A DNA stretch of 64,000 nucleotides from Paraphysomonas bandaiensis (taxonomy: Eukaryota; Protista; Chrysophyceae). Positions 22,001 to 31,274 of the stretch are shown here, in pieces (positions within the stretch are counted from its first letter, which is position 1; each line of letters begins with the position of its first letter). The notes beneath the pieces were generated by a model. It worked only from the letters and a program-made list of their open reading frames with translations. It was not told the DNA's origin and searched no databases. The stretch lies in assembly GCA_965644295.1 (NCBI GenBank), contig CBFFRP010000428.1, positions 76,038-140,037 of the forward strand. Direction: 5' to 3'. The position numbers were made by a program, and so were the translations under genes.

Positions 22001-22934
22001 AGATACGAGACAAAATTGCTAACGATGCCGCTGAACGAGAAGCACGCGAAGTTGAAGCCAAGGAAAGAGAAGAGTCAGAGAGAAAACGAAGAGAAATTGA
22101 GGAGTTCAAAGCCATTGAGGATATGGTAGGAGCCGTTGGTTTTGTCATCAATAATTCATAAAATTGATATATTCCTTGTAGCGTTTACAAAGAGAAGCCA
22201 ATGCACTACGACAAGCAACTACTTTAGCACGATCTATGCCTAGTTCACGATATGTGCTCGATAGTGAAGACACTTTATCTCAATCTGATGAAGAAGTGTG
22301 TGTCAGTACAGAGAGTTTACAAGAGGCTGAAGAGGCCATCGCAAACGAACTAGAATCAGAAGATTTACCTCCTGGATGGAAAAGAGATTTTGATAACACC
22401 TTTAAGTCGAATTGTTATATTAATACATTGACTGATGCTGTTCAATTCGTGCGACCTACATCTCCAGCAAAGGTTTCGTTTGAAAAAAATCCCACGGAAA
22501 AGCTTGAAAGAGAAGGATTGCAAAGTGATGAATCAGAAAGTCAATCTTCTCTAGATGTTCAGCTCCGCACTATGGATGTTGATGAGGATGAAGAAGTTGT
22601 AATAAAAAAAGGGACTTTGCAAAAGCAGGGAAGAGTATTTGGAATGTGGAAGAAAAAATGTATGGTGCTGCGCGGCTCAGTATTAGAACAGTACGAGTCG
22701 TCTGCATCTTATGTCAGTGGAGCTGCCACACACAAGCGTATGGTATTGTCGGATAAATCAGAGCTCCAATTTGGTGGTTATGGTCTGTCTTTTACAGTAT
22801 CAACTGAAGACGTGGAATGGACGTTTCTGGCAGAGAATAAACGTGAACTGGACGCGTGGTTGAAATGCATACGGAATGCTATTATTAAATTATATGACGA
22901 CAGATTTCGAAATATTTGCCATGGATCGAAATAA
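13005..22934 (+). CDS. Unconventional myosin (head, coiled coil, WW, PH); exon 1 disrupted by a gypsy insertion
   Basis: Removing 13315-18896 and one CCAT restores ...[28 protein letters not shown]. Motifs: P-loop [31 protein letters not shown]; [12 protein letters not shown]...YIN...QFVRP; [11 protein letters not shown]...WKKK...[11 protein letters not shown]. Confidence 0.9.
13315..13631 (-). repeat. Gypsy 3' LTR (contains 3 x 28-bp tandem repeat)
   Basis: Direct repeat of 18580-18896; unit AATAATACTGTCTACAATATCAACGGCT. Confidence 0.95.
13697..14677 (-). CDS. Gypsy integrase C-terminal half plus chromodomain (frameshifted from pol)
   Basis: IHSDLGPAF...[10 protein letters not shown] (second D and E of DDE), GPY/F-like LKGPMRV, chromodomain [15 protein letters not shown]. 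Confidence 0.9.
   Translation of the reverse strand: MLQHLGRYGAPIEIHSDLGPAFVDDLTKSLIEMVGSNQSFSMAYSKEENAIVERANKEILRHLRNIIFDKNVLNNWSMYLPLVQRIMNSSKHRSTGVTPASILFGNAVDLDKSLFIEHNENLDRNEQKLSHWIDRIQKVQSTIMDVARRNLRKHDEIHMATAPNIQTKEFPINSYVLVEHRQNALRPGPASKLLPYLKGPMRVVNVIGDKYTLQDIVTKRNKDYHIKKLREFNYDPSTIDPLQVACKDGGNFYAIDHISKIKGRAKGPKSQIKFLVHWIGYEKPTWEPWANVRKTYALQNFLTQHPDENVRNLLPRNVVYSSDEED
14658..18530 (-). CDS. Gypsy gag-pol polyprotein
   Basis: Knuckle [12 protein letters not shown], protease LLDTGA, RT WRFCVDY/LPMGL/YLDD, RNase H TDASDYG, integrase HHCC and first D. Ends at a frameshift in a G run (14679-14682). Confidence 0.95.
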   Translation of the reverse strand: MGESKRSKIKAAPQIEELLAASGSSSKKTKRERESSRKRARDATTSSQMQSSPQTETSVEAEGELSGVSFRELSSSQPKRKKQRSGDPHPNRSERIDLNEVIATESTPHEVINTDSIPYLGSVQDEDIIEFCENLSKRDPKGTKFIRSEIMAPTVRDMLQFQRQQDFGDESDEDWLDPNIVTTEELIQWLKQAFLEEEERYSDTLEPLPRFIDNIIGPKVKVDIHVPKVFLKEYGRLNELYKLIPEASLTEVASDTIVKTLKKNIKLVGGHSFRKDAKEKFIADIGQGQSAPKDFGAFCRKVRELNNDYSQAVRKVKRMETKLDSKETSKSNKTKNTKTSSSSSSSSTKATTDTKEACWICGNLHKGDCTRKTCAWANHEKKPWKDSTQGKKYAVMGWSTCPYVENPDGPPRSKTSKLSCPKCLYINAIDMNNDMLDVFVYPKADVNVQQVKENLRAKALLDTGATGNNFINQELADMLVARYNIPLHECNIKICSALDNACCSSKQYMIITIRLTDEYNNTLDIELQCLIIDSTFDIIIGRETIKKYRLVDHFPSHFMERELAGKMLATAAGHAEKTQLLSEHISERATCYNNMETLRRQAKEHLSYNNNLLTSNSLVSTMYSPPISSMRISAYEKEDIGEIRDNYLESIPEEIVTNTQEKVEGTTLPTKISGPESLQRRVREIHEIYKDRFRTTVSDMPMDVPPFELEVDRDAWEQPKHCGPPRKMDRVRQYACKKQIDTFVEHGIIQPSTAPYYSQVLLVPKPNDKWRFCVDYKGLNKHTQRERWPIPNIKEMLERIGSKKPKYFIILDLVSGYYQAKISEYSRKWTAFITFWGVFEWLRLPMGLSGAPSYFQRVLTTIVLAGLIMFICELYLDDLIIYASTEDELIENYVKVLERFRKYNVYINPEKVKIGESEVQYVGHTLNEEGLHFTRERLDSVLNFPKPETMKGLKSFLGLANYFRDHVHNHSLVVRPLNKMLLNYHRRKRLQWTEDANEAFEKIKLMIHECPTLFFIDDESPIYLLTDASDYGIGAYLYQVVDGVERPIGFLSKTFDERMMNWDTPQKEGYAIYYALDKWDYLLRYRYFTIKTDHKNITQLRTDYAKDKKVQRWLKCFQAYDYDLCDIKGSDNVVADAFSRLCALESKMETKCASLIPDIKVPNKEWEIIKRFHNNVTGHHGIDRTIQKLRDNGHKWSKQGAHVTKFIKTCPCCQKMSRIKPIINAHPFTVSTYGPMQRIAVDFIQSLHPDEDGYTNILVIIDSFSRWVELIPTKNLTAMAAAKGIASTPG
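18580..18896 (-). repeat. Gypsy 5' LTR
   Basis: Direct repeat of 13315-13631. Confidence 0.95.
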
Positions 22935-23246
22935 TGAACGTATTTTGCACAATTTAAAGTGTCTTTCTATAACCCCTGAACTGTTCGCACCATTAAATGA
23001 GAATATTTATAAATAATAATTCTGCTATTTTCAAAAGCATTTTGTCGACATTGATAATTCGTTATTTGTTTCTCTGATCTGATGCTTTACGATTCTTTAA
23101 ATGGACAGCAGTGTGATCTACCTGTAGGGACTTCGTGCTTACCTACTAGGCACCTATCTAGTAGGTACATACCTATAGGTAGTAGTGAATGTCTCATTAT
23201 GAGTAAATTGTAGCATTGCAATTTACTAACCAGTGTTTAACTCTGA

Positions 23247-23833
23247 TAACCTACTATTTAGCGCTACGAAAGTTGCTTGTGCGTACCTATAACAGGTATT
23301 TCTAGCGACACTACCTATAGGTGAGTGTCTACCATTTACCATCTATAGCTACTATAAGTGCCTCAATAGTAGGTTTATTATCAGTAAATATCTTATTATT
23401 AACAGTAGGCGTTTAAGAGTCAGTGCTAAACTATATGATAACCTACTATTCAACTATAAAAGCTGCTTGTGCCTCATCGCAAGAACCAAGGTGCAACCAC
23501 TTTCGCTCTATCACTCAAAGCAGAATATTGATATACCCGATATCTGCTGACTTCAGGCTTCTTGAGTCCTTAAGGTGAACAGCCCGGATGTTTGACTTCA
23601 GTAGGCAGCCCAACAATACCCCGGGGATGCCCTTGAGGTGGGCCATTCCCGGATGCCTGTTTATTCGTCAAGATCCAAAAAGACCTCTTACCTTGTACCA
23701 TACAAGCATTTAGTTATAAGTGGGCAGAACATTATCTGCTGACTATATATACGGCTGACGTTAGTTTCCCGGAGAAATATCTCCGGTACTTATCCCCCAG
23801 AGAGCACCTTGAAAATATGCGAGTCCGACTTTG
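23247..23833 (-). mobile_element. Dispersed non-coding element family, copy B (23440-23833) plus an isolated terminal fragment (23247-23283)
   Basis: Collinear with 7956-8454. The terminal motif CCTACTATT...GCTTGTGC occurs at ~7957, ~23250 and ~23442. Confidence 0.72.
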
Positions 23834-24400
23834 TATTAGATATACTCATGACTCATGATACTATACAGTCAATGTCACTAATATAATTTATATCATATAT
23901 ATTATTAGATCATGTTATACTGTTTCCTGGTTATCACTGCTGTATACTGTACATAACGTCGAAATTCAAGTATTTTAAAATCGAGCTTTTCATTGCTTAT
24001 AAGCAGAATAACCAACAAATTGGATCTGGCGCACATTAGCTCCTGAGACCCACCGAAGTTGAGATTTATATAGAGTTGGACTATTTCAAAAAACCATAAG
24101 TTATGTGGCACTTTAAACTTTAATTGAATAAGATATTTGGTAGTTTCAAAGGAAAAGTTATGCACTATTACTTGTATCAACAGAAATTCGTCAATGTAGT
24201 ATTGCAAAGAATGATCAACAATGGTAGTCTCAATTATATTTAGTTGGGCCCTAAGTGTACTTTTCTTCATCAGAAAAATAATTATGCCAATTACACATAC
24301 AAATTAATACTGAGACGAAAGTAGCAGATATTCAACAGTCGCATTAGCTCCCCACGTTAGACTGACACGTTCCCTGAAACTGATTATTAATACATGTACA

Positions 24401-27400
24401 TTATCTATTCTTCAGTTCGGTTCCCAGTAAGTACATAGAATCTCGTATGTCATTGTGCAAGTTGATAACAGCATGTTTCACCCTTGCAATGCCCATGAAC
24501 ACAAATTGTGATACAAAATACAAAGGAAACGAAAACCTCATAACAAGTGTTCGATAAGCATACGAATCAACACATGCCAAACCCAGTATACGAGCAAAGA
24601 AGTATGGAAGTACCAGGCGGTCTATCAAAAACATTAAAATAGGGCATATGATCTCCACCAAAATGAATGTGAAATCAACGCCAGAAAAGCCCGATCTGAT
24701 TACTCTACTAAAACGGTCCCTCCATAAAGACTCGCCAAAAGCACCAACTAAAAGACACCTACAATGCCATAACAGATAAGAGAAGAACCTCCTTTGCAGT
24801 CTACAAACCTCAGCCATACTTTCAAGAAGAGTAGCCCTATCGCCCAGCATTGCAATGGGGGGTACGATGGTGTCTCATCCAACGGTGTTCTAAAAGGTAT
24901 AACGACGACGGTTTCCAGCAGAATTCCTATTAAAAGGGGTATGACCGAAAACCAAATGCTGCCTAAAACTATTATCTTCAGAGATATCAAAAACCATTTC
25001 CATACAAGGACAGCCAGTGCACTCAATTCTGCGCTGTTGTTGGCCTCTTGCAAGATATACCTCACCAAAAAGAAGCTGCCTAGTACGATGGCCAGTCCAA
25101 CTGACAGTGTGTACAAGTCATTCTCAACAGAAACACTACGCGTATCATTAGTACTAGCTGCAAAAATATAAATAGTTGTGTACCTCAGGGCTCCTAAAGT
25201 CAGTCGTCCTATCATAATCGGTAGGTGGAATGCCCATGAAAAGAATACAACTGACGCAAAGACTCCTGTCATAGCAAGAGCAATACAGCGAGCAAATATC
25301 CCTTTATCTCTGAATCTCGAATCACGCAAATCCAACCCATCCGCGGCGACATCAACACCGTCTGCAAGCGGTTCAATTTCACTCTCGTACTCTTGCATGG
25401 CGTTCGGTATTGCTCCTTCTAAAACTGCCCCTGCCTCATCGTCCTGTCCTTCATGCGGATGAGATTCTGCTTCTTGCTCCTGTCCAAGAGCACCACCCAC
25501 AATATCAACTGCCTCCGGTGTGCGATCAATACCTAACCCAATACGAGTGCGCTCCAATGTGTCCTGCACTACCTCCCCATCCAACAGATATTCGCTTACA
25601 CCACAAACCTCACACATTGTAATTAAAAACCGGTGCACAAAAAATCTCATACATTCCCTATGGTGATATTTCTGGATCAGGAACGGCAACAGAAAATGAA
25701 AAACCAGTAGTTCTAGAGGCAGTTGGACATCATAATATAGCTCATCAAACTTTAATTTAAGCGGCACCCCAGTAGGGCAAAAAACGTGTCCAATTTTAAC
25801 AGGCAGCATGATCATAAAGAGAATGCTTGGAATGTAATAACTAAGATTGAGTAAAAGTTTCTCCACTAGAGCTCGCACAGGCATGTTGCACAGTGAGTCG
25901 AGAGTACTATCGTCCGAAAAAAAGTGGTACTCTGGCAGACACCTCGACATAACATTCTCTTTGAGGATTCGCCTTAGCTCTGACATAAACACTGCTACGT
26001 GTGTGGAAAAGAAGAATCCTACCAAAAAGTGTACCAGTGTACATATAACAGGTCGCTCCTGGAAAAAAAGCAATCTCCGTTGAATGGTGGTGTCAAAAAC
26101 CCTCAACGTCACTATATCAATGAGCCAACCCATCAAATGGGGAATACACACCATCTCCATGGTCAAGTACATAGAGAGCTTCACCCACTTTTTAAACTCG
26201 TCCACAAAGGAGTGCAGCCTGGCTCTGATATGGGGATACAGCTCTCGCCTTTCTCCTCCAGCAAGGATTACACCAGAGAGCACAACGAAAGCTGCAGATA
26301 GCACCAGAGAATACCCACACACCGCCTCCAGAGCAACACTTGCACGCGAAACGATAAGATCAGCTGATAAAGGGGTCATATAGACATTTTCCAAAAGAGC
26401 AGGCCACAAAACTGGACCCGCACCAGCACCTTCTGAAGGGATAATACGATTAACGTCCGAGTTGTTGAGCCCTGCACTGAATAGCATAGATGCAACACCC
26501 GCCTTCAAAGGACCTAGTCCCCACGAATGGAAACCCAAAAGCCACAACAGAGACCTTCCCAGTATAACAGGGAACACTTCTGCAAGAATAACGAAGAGTG
26601 CATTGTAGAGACACAAAAAAAGAGCATGTGATGCAGACTCCCAGAGTGAGCCACCGAAGATGGTGAGATCTTGCAGGTCTACTGCAACTGCATCCACACC
26701 AGCCCCACCGCCAGCTACAGGCACTCCACGATCACCTGCTACTGGTACTCCACGATCTCCTGCTACAGGTACATCATGCTCTAGCAATCGCCAAAAATTG
26801 ACCTCGCCTCGCGCATTATCGGCCTGGTTCTCAGCGACATGCTCTGTATCATCATTGTTGTCATTGAAATCCGGTTCCGACCTATCATCGCTGTCCGAAC
26901 CTGATTCTGTTCTACCTTCACTCTCACCATCTCCACCCTGCACCTCAACTTCTACTGCTGCTCCCTGGCTACTGACTCCTTCCACCTCGCCTGTGCTCTC
27001 ATTTTCGGGTGCAGTTTCACCGGTGGCATCCTGCATAGTGGGACCAGCAGTAACATTCTGTTGTCGGGTGCGAGGAGGTCCGTATATCTCCTACACAGCA
27101 CAAGAGTTATAGAGTAGATGTCATTGTCGAGAGTTGCACTTACATCATGAAGGTAACGTGTCAGTTGTATTGCACCTAATGACATGAGCACTATGGATGC
27201 TGATATTATGATTCCATTCCACCATCGTGACAGCAGCTCCAGTGATGGGGTAAAATAAGAAACGAGGTGCCATGACACTTGGTCATTTAGAATTAGTATA
27301 GTGCACTGATCCACCCACCATGCTGTGAAGAAAGGCACAACTAGTAACCATAGAAAAGACAAAATTGTCCCTTTACAAAACTGAAATATTATGCGCCCAA

Positions 27401-27731
27401 TACGAGGCATGACACCGCAAATAAACTCAAACATGCTCAGCGTGGACGGTGCATCTTCAGCGTACACTCTCCTAAATGAAAACTTTTCACCACATAATTC
27501 ACATTTCGGTTCTGACTGTTTGGAGACTCTGAGCCACTCCATGAGACAGTCCTGATGAACGAATTTAATGGATCCGTCGCATCTGCAGGGGTGGAATAGA
27601 GGTCGAGAGGGTTCACTCTCACCGTGACAGACTCGACAGCACTCATCCCCTTCAGAGCACTCAGATTCACCTGATCCTGTATTCCAGAGGCTCTCAGGTG
27701 CCCCTGTTTCTTTACTGTCAACTGCATTCAT
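24401..27731 (-). CDS. MARCHF6: E3 ubiquitin ligase MARCH6/DOA10 family (multi-exon)
   Basis: RING-CH CRVC...LFHPCRCDGSIKFVHQDCLMEWL...CELC, many TM helices, TD-domain-like segment (MGWLIDI...ELRRIL), and C-terminal HNDIRDSMYLLGTELKN. Confidence 0.9.
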
Positions 27732-28508
27732 GTCTGTGTTGAGCTCCACTGATCTGTCAGTGTATACGTATGTATATAGGAGAGAGTTGCCGATAGAGAG
27801 ATGCGATATGCTGAAGATGATACAGCGGAATCAGGGAGAGAAAGTACGCATACGAGTATCTGCTTTCAGAGGGCGAATAAGGAGTAGTGAGTACAGTACA
27901 CATTCATCACACTTATATATGCAGTGTGTGTACAGTGTAGTATATATAGCCGCCTGTCATATATGCAGTATACGTATACACATAGAGAGGAGGGTATGTA
28001 TTAGCTATATACAGTCTTCTGTCATAGTTCTGTATTACAGTACTACAAAACCGTATTCTTCACAGCTGAATTTTCCTTGTCCGTGTACATGCATCTGGAC
28101 ATGCGCTGCAGCAGTGGTGTGGCAGAGTGAAGGCCATATCCGCAGTGACATCAAAGCCCACTATTCCATGATGGTATTGTTGCACAGTGTTCTCCAAGTC
28201 GTCACTGGAGTGGTAGCACTCATCAGTCGATATTTGTGAATCTTGGCTCTTGTCAGTCCAAGTGTATATATACAGTATCTTCATATACAGATATACAGAA
28301 CGAGAAAGAACATTCTTCACCCGCACTTCTACTTCACAACCTCAACTTAAGTGCATCGAAGTTGAGAATAATGAGTAATTGAATTCACTCTCTGTATTGT
28401 ACGCATATATGCATATGTACGTATATGTGTATATGTTATGGTCAGAGCATCATTGTGGCTATCTAGCCATGTCATAACAAACGTAAGCTATAACAAACCT
28501 CCGCACAT

Positions 28509-29384
28509 ATGTCTCATAAAACGAAACCTCTTTTCCCCTCCCTTCCATCTCTCCCTAACTGGGAAGAAGATCAAGAGAGTGATGATAGCGGCGATGAACC
28601 CGGAGAGTTAAAGATGATGCAGCTGTTGCGTGATCTTCAGATGGCTAAAGCTCATCAAAGTGAAGCCAGGAAGGTCACACAAACATTCATGTCTCTTTTT
28701 CTCATACTGTAATGACAGAGGCGTGCACAGGAGAAGATAGTGGACGATGCGCAGAATGAATATCTACTCGAGCTCAAAGAGTTAGTGTCCCACTCACTGT
28801 ACCTGTACATGTACCTGTGTGCTCACCTGCTGCTCCTGCTTCTATGACAGGGAAGTGGCCAGAATTAAGCGTAAACGTGGAACTCGTGCTAATAAGGTAT
28901 ATCAATATAAAAGGTCTATTTGTTGATTAGTCCTTCGCTAGCTTATCGTGAAGCTCTCTAAAAGACAAGATGATATCAATACTGCCATCAAGGTAGTGTC
29001 ATTGTTTCTGACCCTTCAACTCATGAGTGCTTTTAATAACTGTAGAAAATAAATAGTTTTGAGCAGGAAAAGAAACGGGTCAAAGAGAAATGTGAAGCGA
29101 TGGTTCAGGCTCTTATAGACAGATTTGATGCTGTTCGGACTTCATGTGAGGAAATGGCAGAACGAGACCGCGTGGATATGTCCACAGACGTCGAAGAGTG
29201 CAAAAAGCAGGTCCTATATGTGCGCCTGTATATCTGTAATGCTTACTTATAGAATACATGCTTGTAGATTGAAGAGAGACTTGAGCAAATGAAAATAAGG
29301 GTAAATCATATGGATAATGAACTGAAGCAGAAACCTGATCCATTATCCACCTTAATGAATGCTCTAATAGCGCAGTCTGTTTGA
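28509..29384 (+). CDS. Small (~200 aa) multi-exon coiled-coil protein of unknown function
   Basis: Six exons join through GT-AG introns into one open frame (MSHKTKPLF...EARKRRAQEKIVDD...KQKPDPLSTLMNALIAQSV*). Confidence 0.65.
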
Positions 29385-29923
29385 AGTCGGATGTTGTAAA
29401 ACTTATATGTTTTATTTGAGAATATTTTCTCAAACACCGCGCACGGATATGCCAGCGGACATTGTACGTACTTATATCGAATTTATTGCAGCGATCTTTA
29501 GTGTTTCAGGGCGGGTGTTTAGGTAGTTTGATGTTGATGTATAAGATTTAGTAATATATATGTGTATATTGTATATCTTGTATGTATCTGGAATTTATAT
29601 CATTTATCATTTGCTTTTTTTAGAAGCAGATTCTATTTTTCAGTAAGGGGCTTTTTAAGGTTCGTTTTTTTCTGTTAGTATATGGTACATGTTGAAGCAA
29701 GACACAACTTTACCGCATTATATATAAAATATCCTCTATACTCCATACTAAGATATAAACTCAAAACTACTATATCCAGGTAACACAGCGAATAAACCAT
29801 TAAATATAAGTAACATTATTACTTTAACATTAATACTTGCTCATAAGTGTGCTCCTACCAATATAGTCGACCGTGGCCACTTATACACGTGGCGTACAAG
29901 TCACAACTGCATACAACTATCAA

Positions 29924-30712
29924 CTACGTAATGTATCTGGTTATACGTTGGCAATGAGTGCTGCCAAGTTCGTCAACTGCAAGCTGCAGCTCCTTCTGTA
30001 GTCTTTTCATGTTTGCATAATCACTCTGCAAATGCATACTTTCAATCGATCGGCTCTCCGTTTCGCTTCCAGTTGGAAGTTGGAGATCTAACCTCAACTG
30101 AAATTTAGGGGTAGTGGTAACACTGAGATTTCGTCGAGCCAGCTACAACAATAGTTACACCACATTAACTACTACTACACATCTCTACCTCCATATCCAC
30201 ACGCCATGAGAGATTAGTAAAACGTGGATGGGAAATATCAAGAACACTCTTAAGAGCGCCTAGGCTTCTTTTATTATTCCGGTAACACTGTCCAATAGTA
30301 CAGAGTTAGTTTGTCTTTCGAGTCTAGACAATTTACAAACCGTAGAAAACTTGTCCGCAAGTTCACTTGGAACCCCGACCTGACGAAGAGTTGCAGAAAC
30401 AATAGATGGATCGCTCGGTGATCCTTTTATAAATTCCCACAGAATTGCGCCTGCAGAGTGTAACAGTGACGTCAAATTGTCTTGCTTCACTCCAATTGTG
30501 CCAGCTAGGTTTTGAATTTCATCAGTCACTTCCGCGCCTTGAATAAGTGCAACGGACATCCTTAGAAACTCTTCATGAACTGTATTTACCACAGAATAGG
30601 TTACCATAGCACGCTCTATGCCCATTAACATACCTTCACTGGGGATGAGAGATATCTGCTGCACCTGCTCGATAAGAGAGTCATCCAGAGTAATATACTT
30701 TCCGGCGGACAT
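29924..30712 (-). CDS. COMMD2: COMM domain protein, most like COMMD2
   Basis: Spliced product has PRFTNLSWRVDMELARRNL...PKFQLRLDL...LQSDYANMKRLQKELQLAVDELGSTHCQRITRYIT*, a COMM domain with a COMMD2-type tail. Confidence 0.8.
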
Positions 30713-31274
30713 TAAATAGTGCTTGTCTCACAGTCCGATCGGTTCAATTGTCTTCTTATGATCCTTGTGACTCTATTGGTGATGTTGTTATAACTACTGA
30801 AGCAAAGCACACTCATATCACTCACCTTCACCTGAAATACTCTGCACTGGAAATAATATGCTATATCTTGACTCAAAACCCATGGTTTATAGAGTGATGC
30901 CTATATTTTAGAGTATTTATCCAATCGTCGTCCAATATTTTGACCCCTATATATACAGCAGTGCATATACCGCAGTGGGGTGGAGCAGCAGGTACATGTA
31001 TATGACTGTTTGTATACTGTACTGCTGTGTGCAGTGCAGTGGGCAGTATGAGCAGCGGCACTCACCCTCCTCTCATTGGAACTAACACACCCCATATAGC
31101 ATATATTGAAGATCGCGGTAGAGGAATGGGCTCTTGCTGTGTGTAGCAACAGGACTGAACATCAATCACACTAACTGACAGCGTATCACTGTACCTGTCC
31201 ATACATATACATACATATACAGCTATAGCCATATCCGCACACACACATACATATACAGACACACACACACAGAG

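Noticed and set aside
23905-24270. 121-aa minus-strand ORF, and the 137-aa ORF at 50910-51323
   Set aside because: AT-rich with no recognisable motifs; the second overlaps a solo LTR.
27730-28326. ORFs in the MARCH6/coiled-coil intergenic region
   Set aside because: Composition reflects RY-rich promoter DNA; no motifs or convincing splice structure.
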